Origin: Lama glama
Taxonomy: Eukaryota
Direction of reading: 5' to 3'
DNA length: 64,000 bases
Assembly: GCA_028534125.1 (NCBI GenBank)
Contig: CM052817.1
Location: 51,710,001 to 51,774,000, forward strand
The notes beneath the pieces were generated by a model. The model saw nothing but the letters and a program-made list of their open reading frames with translations. It had not been told where the DNA came from and searched no databases. Shown in pieces: positions 27,721 through 40,783 of this stretch; positions within the stretch are counted from its first letter, which is position 1, and each line of letters starts with the position of its first letter. Made by a program: the position numbers and the translations under genes.

Positions 27721-28233
27721 TTTTTTCTCTTTCTGGCTTACTTCACTTAGAATGACAATCTCCAGGTCCATCTGTATTGCTGCAAATGGCATTATTTTAC
27801 TTTTTTATGGCTGAGTAGTATTCCATGTGGAATCTTAAAAATAAAAAGACAAATGAACTTATTTACAAAACAGAAACAGACTCAGACATAGAAAACAAAC
27901 TTATAGTTACCAGGGGGGAAAGGAGGTGGGAAGGGATAAATTGGGAGTTCAAGATTTGCAGAAACTTAACAATATATATAAAATAGATAAACAACAAGTT
28001 TATACTGTATAACACAGGGAACTGTATTCAGTATCTTGTAGTAACCTATAATGAAAAAGACTATGGAAACAAATATATGTATGTATATGTATGACTGAAC
28101 CATTATGCTGTATACCAGAAATTGACAAAACATTGTGGACTGACTACACTTCAATTAAATAAATAAATAAATAAAAACAAAAAATAGCAATTTGGTTCAA
28201 GAAAAATAAAACAATTCTCAACTTTGCAGTTAA
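27721..28233 (+). mobile_element. 5'-inverted (twin-primed) L1 3' end with TSD and extra 3' sequence
   Basis: 27721-27825 is antisense L1, 27825-28158 is the sense L1 3' UTR, then a (taaa)n tail. TSD aagatataaatgatact (27704-27720) / aagatatgaatgatatt (28234-28250). Confidence 0.85.
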
Positions 28234-28469
28234 AAGATATGAATGATATTAAATGGGTCAATGACTAAATTGCAGGGAAGGTAAACATTTAAACAGAGTT
28301 AGAGTGATATATAGCTTATATTTTAATTTAAACAACTTTATTCTATAAAACCATGGGTGAATTAGAAAAAAAATAAAATTCATATGAAAGAAATTGCATG
28401 AGGATCTTTTCACAGGATCTCGCATATAAATATAACAGTTATAACTACTACTACTCATTAAGATTACTT

Positions 28470-28690
28470 TAAGGATATACTAAGTCAATGCACTTTATAT
28501 ATTTTCTCCTTTAATCTGCACAATAATGCAATCCTGTAGACACTAGTATTTGTTCTTATTTTACCGGTGGGAAAAATGAACCTTAAAGAGGTTGAATACC
28601 TTATCCAATATCATAAAACTAGCACAGAATAATGCCAGATTTACAAAGTTCTGTATGATTCCAAAACCAAGTCTCTTAAGCAGTATACAT
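28470..28690 (-). mobile_element. MIR SINE remnant
   Basis: cactttatatattttctcctttaatctgcacaataa...attttaccggtgggaaaaatgaaccttaaagaggttgaataccttatccaa. Confidence 0.6.
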
Positions 28691-28734
28691 TACCAACCTC
28701 ATATTGCACTATTCAGTATATACTTGACAAGAAA

Positions 28735-29700
28735 CATTTATTTATTAAAAAGGTATTAATTGATCACCTAGTACATGTCTATCCCTATTAATCAATGGGA
28801 TACAGTAGAGGTTAAACAAACTGAGTTTGTGCCTTTATGGAGCTTACCTTTGTGTTGGAGAGGCAGAAACTAGTTGAACAAATATATTTACAATATATTA
28901 AATGAAAAAAGTAAAGTCAAGTTAGGAGATTAGGGATTGCTTCCATTGAGGGTTGGTGGTTTCTGTTTTATTTAGAGAAAGACCTCTCTGATAAGGCTTG
29001 AATAAAGTGAAGGTGTGGGCCTTACAGACATCTGGGGGCAGTGTGTTGTAAAAAGACCTGCAAGGCGCGAATAGAACTTACATAGAACGTTCAAGAAACA
29101 GCAAGAAGATCATTGTTGCTTCAATGGAATGAATGAGAGGAGTCTGGTGAGAGTTTAACTTGAAACTGTAGTACAAGGTTAGGTACAGTGTGAACTCTCT
29201 GGTCCCTGTGAAGTCCCCCTCTTAATCTGAGGTTTGGAGCCAAGATGTGACAGCATCTTGTTTCTGCGTTAACAGGATCAGTAAGGCCTCTGTGTTGAGT
29301 ACAGATGGTAGGAGCCAGTGTTTAAATGGGAAGACAGTGAGAAGACTACTGTCACTGTTCACACCTCATTGTGGATTAGATCAGGGTAGTAATCTAACAA
29401 GATGGAGAGTAGTAGTTAAATTCTGTAGATATTTTGGAGGCAATCACAGTACGGCTTCTTGTGGATTAGCTGTGGAATGTGAGAAAGAGAGAAGAGTCAA
29501 TGATAATTATAAATTATTTGTCCTGAGTACCTTGAAGAAAGGAATTGCCATTTATGGGGAAAGATTAGGAGGAGCAAGACTGGTTGGTAATCGGTAGTTC
29601 CTCTGGGGACAAGTTGGTAAGCAGTAGTTCCGCTGGGGACAAGTTACATCTGTAAGCCTGTAAGCATCCAACTGTAGACGCTATCTATAAAATTGGATTC
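28735..29700 (-). mobile_element. L2 LINE fragment
   Basis: catttatttatt...tattaattgatcacctag start, ccttacagacatctggggg, agagaagagtcaatgataa...tttgtcctgagtacc L2 motifs. Confidence 0.65.
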
Positions 29701-30920
29701 TGAGAAGTATGAATGAAAAAGTTTGTACTATGGGCATGCTTAAATTTTACATCTGCCCTTTCACAAAGGCAACAATTCTATCAACCATTATCAGTGATAA
29801 ACCATGATGGAAATAAACAAATTTAAAACTGAAGTAGAAATGGAAGCCAGCTCATTAATCTGATACTTGTTTTTCATTATTAGGGCAGAGAGCAAGCTTT
29901 AATAAATAAACATAAAATATTTATTAGATATTTACAAGTGCTTATTCTGATAAAATCTAAATTCTACGCATCTGAAAAAGATTTACTGGCTCAAAGATGG
30001 ACTGTTGGTAAATTAAACGTTACGTTTTGAAAGTCATTTTCATTATTAATAAAACAAAGCTGTCACATTGGTAATTCTTAGTTTCCTCTGTTCCTCTGCA
30101 AAGTCAACAGTCTCTTACTCCATAAGTAATTACCCACCTTCGGTAATGTCAGAGCAATTCTAATTCTTTTTTAATTTGAGAAATGAACATCTAATGAAAA
30201 AGTTTATATCAGTGTAAACAGTGTGAAATAAAAGAGGAATACGGAAAGTTTGGAATTTCTACTTAATAGAAACATTTCCATGCTCCCATCTCAGGTAAGG
30301 TATAGAGGCTTTTGATTTATAGTCTTTTCTGAAATTAAGATTACATAATTTTATAACTGGTTTTCCTTAAAGTGTTAACCAATAAATAAGGACCATAATG
30401 GAATTAAAATATCTGAGTACCCTTCTGAGTTCTAACTGACCCATACTTGGTCCACCCTTCCCACTCCCCATCTTAATAAGCATTATCTATTTCTACTACA
30501 AGCACAAGATCCCATTTTCTGGTTGACCATTAACCATTAATAATTGACTCATGATATTTGTTATCCCAGGTTTCCCTTGGAGTGAAATGAAAGTAATTTC
30601 AAACAGCTGCAAGTGTTAATGTACTAAATGGAATACAACCCAGATAGAATGGCACAGTGAAATAACACTATGGATATATAAATATAAGCACAGACTTACT
30701 TTTAATTATTTACAAATTTTGTAAAATGTTTCTAAGAGAAACCCAGAGACAGTTATTTCCCAGTGAATTATGATGCTTCTAAATCAAAAGCTCCCTTTTA
30801 CCCTTAAGTGGTACCACGTATTTATTGATGTGCTAAACAGTTTCAGAAAAGCAGGTGGTATGCATGCAAATAAAATAATAAGGCCAGATTTAGCTGCAGC
30901 TCTTGTGGTGTGGCCTAGCT

Positions 30921-31075
30921 CAGTGTTTCTCAAAATATAATGTGCCTCTGAGGATATTGCTAAAATGCAGAATCTGTTTCAATAGATTGGACTGGGCACT
31001 GAGATTTTGCATTTCTAACAAGCTCCCAGATGATAGCGAGGCCACTTGTCAGGGGCTATGCTCTGAAAAGCAAGG
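30921..31075. mobile_element. MER5A hAT-Charlie DNA transposon
   Basis: cagtgtttctcaaa ... aaaatgcagaatctg ... tgagattttgcatttctaacaagctcccagatgat ... tgaaaagcaagg. Confidence 0.8.
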
Positions 31076-31228
31076 CTTAGATTGACATTCCCCAAAGTTT
31101 GTTTCACCTAACTTTGAGATACCTTATGAGAAGGAACAGCTTTACCAGGAGTGGCATGTTCTCTCCTTTCTTAGATTTTGATGGACATGAGCACCAAAAA
31201 AAATCACTTAGTAAGGAAGCAAACGCAA

Positions 31229-31490
31229 TTTTGTTTTATTGTGATAAGAAAAATCCACATCATTAAATCTGCCCTCTTAAATTTTTAAGTGTAAAATACA
31301 CAGTACAGTTTTGTTCACTGTAAGCACAGTGTTGTGTAGCTGATCTCTAGAACTTTTGTCTTGCATAACTGAAATGTTATACCCAGTGAATAGCAATTCC
31401 TCCTTTGTCCCTCCCCTAAATGCTGGCAGCCACCATCAACTTCTGTTTCTGTGGGTTTGAATACTTTAGATGCCTCATATAAGCAGAATA
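31229..31490 (-). mobile_element. Old L1 (L1MA/L1MB-type) 3' end fragment
   Basis: tttttaagtgta...gatctctagaactt...cttgcataactgaaa...ctggcagccaccat...ttagatgcctcatataag. Confidence 0.75.
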
Positions 31491-31744
31491 CAAGATTGCT
31501 TCACTATAGAACACTTCAGAATGCTTGGCAGATATATAAGTACTCATCATAAGTAAGAATATATTATTTATTGAAAACAGCTAAATCCCTATCAGATTGG
31601 CTATTAATACTTGAATGGTTTGGTATGGCATAGTCATGTTTTTCAAGCTTATATGAACACAAAAAGATAAAATATTTGTGATATTTTAAAATAAAATTTA
31701 TAATTTAAAGTAAATACTTCAAAATTACAAGCATCATAGTTTGG

Positions 31745-31975
31745 AGGGAAGTTTTGTAGTCAGGTGGACATGAGTTTGATTCCCGACTTTATTTGTTATA
31801 CAACTTGAGCTAATCAACTCAAGTAATATATTGAATCTTTTTAAGCCTCACTTTTCTTTCTCTGAAAAGAGACTTTTGTAGTATCATCACTACTATAGAA
31901 TTTTGATGACAATTAAAAATAACACCATGCCCTGTAAAAAGTGGGCAGTCAGTAAATCAATAAACTGTTGCTCTT
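31745..31975 (+). mobile_element. MIR SINE remnant
   Basis: gacatgagtttgattccc...taagcctcacttttctttctctgaaaa...tcaataaactgttgct. Confidence 0.5.
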
Positions 31976-34900
31976 TTATGATTATCTATACCAAATGATG
32001 AAATATGAGGTTGGTGAATGCCATAAATAATGTGTTTCTATTACTACCTAGTAACATAACATAACATAACATAATATAAAGTAATATGAAAAACTCTACT
32101 CTGTGATTAAAATCATGTTTTGACATGCTTTATGAGCTCTTTTTGTATTGATTTTTGATAATATGCTTTCAAAATTATTGGCAGATCTACTCTTTGTACT
32201 TCAAGCTGGATAATGGAAATAATTTATACCATTTTATTGAATTTACAATGGTTAGAGTAAGCCACGTTAATTATTGCTATGTCATTTTTGCAGACTAGCA
32301 GGAACTGAGACAAAACATAAGCCAAACTAAATGTAATTATCATTAAAATGGCTCAAGTATGAGAAATCATCTAATGGGTCACGAATTGTCTTATTTTTAT
32401 AAACAAAAGAAGATAATGCTTGTTTGCAAACATTCATTTTCATTGCTTTTCCCCCATTTTCTGAAATATGAGAGGTGTTTATGTCCCTATCATATTTCTT
32501 AAATGTTTTTTGTTATTGACATTACAGCCTACACTGTCATGAATAATGAATCTGACTTTTAAAAGTAGGCAATGAAAGCTACAATATCTTACAGGACGAA
32601 TACCAGGTGCCCATAGCCCTGAAAAGCCATCATTTTTTTTTCTTTCCAAACATATGTTATTCAAAGTCAATAAGTTTTCTGGTCCATTCATTGTTTTTAA
32701 AGTATAAATCTTTTTTGTCTAAGTTTAGTAAATTTAGGTTGAATTTAAGAACAAATTTAACCAAGGAAGAAATATTTTAACAGAGAAATTTTATCCAACT
32801 CCTGTTCAGTAGACCTTAGGTGAACAGTAGTAAATAGTTAACACTCACCATAACTGTAAGAAGAGGATCTAAACAATTAGAAAACAGACAGAAAGAAGAA
32901 ATTTTAGAAAAAAAGAGTGGAAGGAAATTGAAGGCTTTGTAAGTAGTAATGTAGGGAAGGTGCTGTAATCATAATGGGCTTGGGGTAGAGCAGATAATGA
33001 TGGAGGGAGATTAGGCCTTCGCCTTGATGGACAAGGCTTCTGTTCATGTGGTAGGAGCTGAGAGGTGCCAGTGGGGGAAAGCTAAGACCATATTCCCTGT
33101 ATATATGCTGGAATTCAGTTCTTCTGTTTCTAGTGACACTGTGACAGCTTCCCCAGTGGATTTCTGTAAGTGAAAATCAGAGACAAAGAGCTTTTATAGG
33201 AAGGATTCCTGAAATCACAGGCTGATTCCAGAAAGCATAGGCCTTTTCCTGGTTTGATCAGGACTGGTGTTTAGCAAGTGTGTACTTTTTTGGCTCTATT
33301 ATATGTACATTTAATGAAATGCTTCTATCCTATTTGATAAAAAGCTGAAGCCAGGGTTATCCACATAGCCTTTTTATATGCCTAACTCAGCTTTGTCTCT
33401 GAAGTATTTCTGAATTCCTGAAATCAGGCAGATGAAGAGGTGATGTCTGGTACAGCAGGATTGTCCAGTATTCCAGCAATATGGTGCTGTAACTTTAGAC
33501 ATGTAGGTCCCTGTCCAAAGCAGGTATCAAATATTTTGGCTGTCACCCTTGGGGAAGCATATTAGTTCTAAACTTTTAAAAGAAAAGCTTGAAATAGGCT
33601 TCAACAGTAAGAAAACCCTGAAATAGGCTTCAAGATATGAGACTGGAACCAAATGGGCCCAAAGCAGAATTTTGTCTATTTAGCATTTGTCTGAGGTTCA
33701 TTGAAAGGAGTGCAGCAATATAATTAAAATGAAATAAAATTAGAAACCTATCTTAATTCTTGAACTTAGATTACAATCATACAAAGGAGAAAAAAAAACA
33801 TTCATAATCTTTTTTTTTCTCTTGTGCTGTCATGGCCATTTACAAATACAAATACAACCATAAGTCATTCTTTTTTTTTTTTAAACTAAGGTATTATATT
33901 TCCAGTCAGTTTCAAAATCAGTATTCCTCAACTCATCTCCTGTCACTCCCTGAATTACAAAGCAAAATCCAGGCCTCTGGCCATGTTTGAACTTGATGAG
34001 CTCTATCATGACAAGATGCCTTGGCACATGCTGCCTCTTCTTCCTGGAATATCTGTCACCTTTTATTATACCAGTGACCCTTTCAAGGTTCAAATCAAAT
34101 GACATCTCCAATACATATTCCCTACATATGTGATGTTTTACCTAATGGAGGCGTAGCAAATAGATGACAAATGAATTATTTGAGACAAACTTTTTTTCTA
34201 ACTTTTACAAAATTTAAAGAGGAGAGAAATGTTACCTGCCTTTGGAATATTACTTGTGACATTCCATTAAAAGAATAATGGTTCTAAAGTATTTTAAAAG
34301 AAGATAATGATCTGAGTGAGAAATTAGACTGACCTACCTTATTATACTAAATAGTGAGTTTTAAGTGATATTTGGGTTGAAAAATCCTTTTTCTTCCTAT
34401 TATTTCTTTTTAACATGTAACTGTCTAATTTTCTATATCTTTGTTTACATTTTGGGATAATGGTGTATGAATAAATACGCACGTTCTAATTCTGTGACCT
34501 GAATGAATCACTTTTCAAGTGAAATACAGATGCCCTTCTGGAGGATGCCATTAAGTTAATTACAGCACATTTCATAATTGTATAGGCCTTCTTTCCCTCT
34601 ATAATATAAAAAAATTACTAGATATAAAACATAGAATTTTGCTATCATAAGGTCTTTTTTTACTTCAAAATAGTTTAAATGGACACTAAAATTTTATGAA
34701 GTCTATACTTTTATTTTAGAATAAAAAGGCACATTTTAAAATATAGTGAAGTTAATGTGGAGTGATAAAACTAACAATCATGTTTTAAGTATTTCCTCAT
34801 ATAACAAAGATTTTTGGTCTCATATTTTTCATAAGGGATAAAATATGATCTGTTTTCTTGGTCCTCTTACAGCTAGCAAGGAAGTTAACCCACAGATACA

Positions 34901-35763
34901 AAGTCAATAAGGTTTATAGAATAATAATACATAGCAAATTCTAAGTGGTAGGCATTATTCTAAGTGACCTGGGTAACTCTATGACTTGGCAGATACTCAC
35001 AACAAATTAGTATACAGAGATAAGAATTGATTTGCCCATGATCACATGATAGTAAATGATTGATCTAGGATACAAAGCCAAGCCGTGTGGCTCCAGTTTG
35101 TCCAGCTGTACTTCTGTCTCAGACGTGAAAAGAATAGGGCCTCGTCCATCAGAAATGATGATTGCAAGAGAAATTTCCAGACAGCAAGAGAAAATAGAAC
35201 AGGATTTTGAAGAATGAAAACAATTGGATTGATAGAGACTGTGTGTGGCAGAGAGGGAAAAGAGAGGTAGCCGTAAGTAAAGGAGTTATAAGAACATAGA
35301 AGTAAAGTTGAGAAAATACAACATCTGTTCAAAGGATCTTAAACAGAGCACTTAGACTAGATAGTTTTTATTTAGAACTGTGAGAAAGAGGAATGTGTTT
35401 GCATGTTTGCAGTGCTTTGCTAAATATTATTTGGCACTTTATATCATTATCTCTATAAAAATAAAATTCATCCTAAACTCATTTTCTACATAAATTGATT
35501 TTGATGTTGAAAATTCTGTATTTTTTGTATCTTAAGTGTCAATCTTTATCATTTTCATGATACTTTCCTCTCACTGACTCCACTCAGTATATACTAAGAT
35601 ACTAAGACATCATCATGTCAGGAATTTACTTGCAACTCAAAGAGGACATTTTTTTAAATGACTATATGTAATTTGGACAATAATAAAAACTTCCAGGTAA
35701 ACTTTTCCTAGACAAGAATGCTCTATCAAAAAGCAGAAGTTTATACTACTGTTTTCTTTTCAG

Positions 35764-35825
35764 GTAAACCGGTGATGATAGTGACAGAGTATATGGAAAA
35801 TGGCTCTTTAGATACATTTTTAAAG
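35764..35825 (+). CDS. EPHA5: EPHA5 kinase hinge exon, KPVMIVTEYMENGSLDTFLK
   Basis: ttttcag|GTAAACC ... TTAAAG|gtaaga; 62 nt; inside ORF 35718..35936. Confidence 0.97.
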
Positions 35826-37135
35826 GTAAGATTTGAAATAGATGTAAGTATTCAAAGTGCTATTCATATATTGGCAATAACATTGAAATTAAAATCCAGC
35901 TACCTTAAAGACAGAGTTTTAAGTAGAAATATCTAGAGTCAGGATAATTATACTGCAAAAATTAACTTTGGTTTGAAAGTTGTCCACTTGAAAAACCTTG
36001 TACAAATCCAAATTACGTGTTTCTACAATTTTATTTACATGTATGTTAATTTGCCCAAAGTAAATAAAAGAAGGAAAGGAGGAAGGAAAGGAAAAAAAGA
36101 GAAGATTTTACAAGTACTTAACTCTCTCAAAGTATGTAATATCAGGCAGAGCAAGGAAAAATGTCTAGAGAGTCCATGAAAATCATCTGTATTAATGAAA
36201 GTGTCAAATAGATTCATACCTCACCTGAGGGCCAGCCACGCCTTGTACCAGGTATTATATGATAGTAGACAATAGTCAATGTCAGATCTTCCAGATTTTA
36301 GAAGAGTTTGTTTTTAATATGCAGGTCTCCAAATTTTAAATGTTGGTAACTCATTTTATTAGTAAATAGCATGTGTTAGACAATGTAACCTGGGCCTGAT
36401 TAAACTGTAGTCAGGTGGCTTTTCTCCTTCAATGTAGCATCTATTGCTCTGGATGAGAAAAGTGATGGTTGGCAGCTTAATGGTGATTGTAAGAGGGGCC
36501 TGTGCGTTGACTATGACAGGTGTCCACTGGCAAGGCAAGCTTCCCTTCCAATCTCTATCCTCTACCAGATTCTACTGCCAAATTTCTTACAGATAAATTC
36601 TTCAGTCTCTTATCGTCGTATCATTCTTTTATTTCAAAATAAGCATCATTTGGGCCTAATTCTGTGTGTCTGCAGTAAGTCCAGTGCCCTTGACAAAGAC
36701 AGCAGGTTTCCAAGAAATGCTAACATTGTCCTGGTCATTGCTTGGTCCCCCTCCCCCTGACCTTCCACCTGCTGCTGCAGAATCTCCGTCCTTTCATCCG
36801 GCGACTTTGTCTGTCACCAGTATGCCTATCCAGCTAGCTTCTTTTAAATGACTTCAAAAATGCACAGTGTTAACCCAAGGCAGGCATAAGGCTGGAGTGA
36901 TGAACACACTATGCTGATGACTGAGAAGAAAAGAATTACAATGTGGAAAAGAGCAACTGAATAATATTTTGGATGGGGCTTTCAAAGCCGTTATCTGCTT
37001 TGACCAAGCAGGGTACTGATACACATTACCAGGTTAACTAGATATTGCCGAACTTTTCCCATTCCCTTCAGATAGAAATTGCATGTGAATTTGGTGAGAG
37101 TGGGCATTAATTTGGGGTTGAAGGAAGATCCTTAA

Positions 37136-37426
<291 letters not shown>

Positions 37427-37763
37427 TGAAATACTAGACTACTAGACTAGGGGCGTTTAATATTTAAAGATTTTAAAGGAAAGAGCGAAAAAAAAAAAAA
37501 AGCAAAATTCCTCCAACATAGGAAGAAAGAGAGAAGGGGGAGGGTGGATTAAAAAATCCAGCCAATTCTCCTTTCCTTATCAGAAAATTCAAATATTAAA
37601 CTCAGATAAGCCAAGTAATCACATTATGAGTTTTAATAGTTCATATTTTTCCTACAGATACTGAAAATAAAAGGTTTGAGTTTAGAGTGGATACAACATG
37701 TAAAAATCATATAAAGAATTAAATGTAAAAGGAAAAATTAAAGCGAGACTCTCCTACCTTAAA

Positions 37764-37995
37764 CGGGGTGGGAAGGGATAAAATGGGAGTTCAAAATTTG
37801 CAGGTACTAACTACTATATATAAAATAGATAAATAAAAATTTTCTTCTGTAGAGCACAGGCAACTATATTCAATATCTTGTATAACTATAATGAAAACGA
37901 GTATGAAAAGGAATTTTGTATGTCTGACTGAAATATGCTGTACACCAGAAATTGACACAATATTGTAAACTGACTATACTTCAATAAAAAAAAAT
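37764..37995 (+). mobile_element. 5'-truncated L1 3' end (same family as 27825-28158)
   Basis: gggtgggaagggataaaatgggagttcaa...tgctgtacaccagaaattgacaca...tgactatacttcaataaaaaaaaa. Confidence 0.85.
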
Positions 37996-40582
37996 TTTTT
38001 AAATAAAAAATATTTGTAGGAAAAAAGCAACAAATATATACATATATTAATGTATATAAGTATATATTTATTCATATTATATGTGACTATATAATATATA
38101 ATCATACTATATATGAATATATTAACATGTGTAGCATTTTTGAATAGCTTAAACTTGGCACCACAGTTTCTTTACTTGTAAAACAAATATGGAAATATCT
38201 AAATCTACCTTTTTTTTAACTATTCACACAGTAGGGAATAAAAGAGCTATTCCTTCAAAAAGTTTTGATTTACTAGAGGTATTTTAATGCCTAATTACTT
38301 CTCTTTTATACCATGTAAACTGTTAAGCCCATATCTATGAAAACTTGGTCACTAGTCCATATTGTCATAATTGGCATAAATCAGCATCCTTTTCCAGCGA
38401 AGTAATTGATGTTATATAATCAACAGTTTTGGGGTTTTTTTTTTCCTGTGGAAAACTGTGGTATTGGTGCAACAGAATTTCTCTGGGAAGTTTATGCATT
38501 GTACTTCTTGAGTTTTAATCTTTTTTATAAACTAGATTTGTTTAATTCTAAATCTTTTCAATATCCTCAAGATATCCTCAATGCTTAAACTCCCTGTGAA
38601 GACAAGAATTTGTCATTGTATCTTTTCAGTGTACAATGTGGTTAACTTTATTTCAATACAGAATACTTTAGTCCTCTTTTATTCTTATGATAGATGGTAT
38701 ATATTTTCTTATTTAATCCAACATTTTAAAATTACTCCTACTCATACTGTAATAGTAAACTCTATTCATAGATTATAAGGCTGTCTTTTTGTCATTATTG
38801 CAGTGTGACACATGAAGAGTTAAAGATTATACTATGCTAAAGATCAAGAGTGACTTACCTAAGCAAACAAATCTTTCAAAGGGTCAGCTTAATAAATCAA
38901 TAAATTAATTGTTGGGATGCCCCTCTTCTTCTGGACCTAATTATTGTCATTATTTGCATTAAATGAAACCTCAATTAGGAATTCTCCTCGTAATAGAGTC
39001 ATGCTTAATAAACTTGGCCTAAGCAAGGCTGAGGTTACTGAAAAAGCCATTCCCAGTATGATTGGTTGGTGTCTTAGTTAAATGCATAAAGTAAATTTGT
39101 CAGGGTCTGTGTCAGTGTGTCATTGCTAGTGGAGAGAAAGGTGGAGGGGAGTCAGAGATCCTGAGACCCTCAAGATTTACTCCCTTGAAATGGGGCATGG
39201 TGGCACTTTGTGGAAAATCTCTCTATTGAGAGATGAAATGATAAGGGAGCTTCAGGTAATATTGATGCACAACATGATGGTCAGAGGACCAAGAGAAAAA
39301 TTCTAGGCTGAAATTTAAAGTAATCAACAAATTACCATTTCAAGCAGAATAGTAATAATATGTCATAGACTATCATGTTGCTACATAGCTGAACCTAATG
39401 ATGTGATCTTGCCTATGAATATTTAATTAACAAAAGTATGTTTCAGAAAAGTTTTCTTAAAGTGATGTTACCATATTTCTAAGAAGCAAATAATTCAAAC
39501 TTAGTATAAATATTTCAAATTAACTTCAAGTCACAGAACAATTTCAAGCATTACATGAAACTGCTGTTTCTTCATAAGTCTTGAAACTTTGGCTTATATA
39601 GAGCAGTTTAAGTCCCATTTTTTTCTAATGCGTGAATTAAATTGTTCTCTTCCCACAAAGTAGGAAGGCATATGTTAGTCTTTTTATAAAAAATATTCAA
39701 AACCCACATTTCTCTCTCCCTCTCTCTTTCTGTCTCTCTCTCCTTTAATGAATTTTACTTATAAATGAAATGTTTGGTTGCCTGGATTTGCCTGCTTTTA
39801 AAAATTAGGAAAAAGAAGTTAACCCTGAAATGGTCAGGATAGAAAAGTGTTTAATTTGTGAACTAAGAAAAAACTTACCAAATCTTTTTTTTTAACCATG
39901 TAAAAACCCCAAACTTGGTAATGTTGTAAATTTTCCCCATAATTTAATTTTAATAATTTTCAATGTGGTTGAAATAAATGAGATACCTACCTCTTAGGTT
40001 AAAAAAAAAAAAACAGTTTGACCAAACAAACACAAAGATACAACAATGGCAAATTAGGGAAATCAAGTCTAAAAGAAATTGTGCAATGTCAGGAGAAATT
40101 ACTAAATATTCAATATATCTGGTTTTCATGCTTATCTTATTAACTTTTAAACTTCTCAGGGTTGCATCCAGCAATCAAAGCTTTCTCTTTACAATCCTTA
40201 TATTAAAGGGGAAAGAAAGCACCCTGGGAATTTGAGTCCTTTACTTTTGAAGAAAGTCATGAAAGTTTACCTTCTTGATTTGCTTGACTGCCTGCTTTCC
40301 CCACTTAGAGCTGCCATCCTGATACTGTAATTGAGATGTGGGTCTTGTATGTGTTCCAGTAGTCAAACAGAATTTAAACCAGAAACCTTCCAGACAGCCA
40401 ATTAGTAGTCAGTCTACAAGTGCTTATGGGCTGAGATATGTGAAAAGAGACTGCACGCTGTCACACAGATTCACTTAAAAATGCTACATCTCTTTCTAGA
40501 TCTTTTCAGCGAGGCAGCAGTATCCCCAGATACATTTGAAGTGTGTGGGTGAGAATTTTTTTTATTCTCTTTTCAATTTTAG

Positions 40583-40783
<201 letters not shown>

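Noticed and set aside
26839..29597. ORFs of 122 aa (26839) and 116 aa (29247)
   Set aside because: Non-ATG starts, no recognisable homology, and the second lies within a decayed L2.
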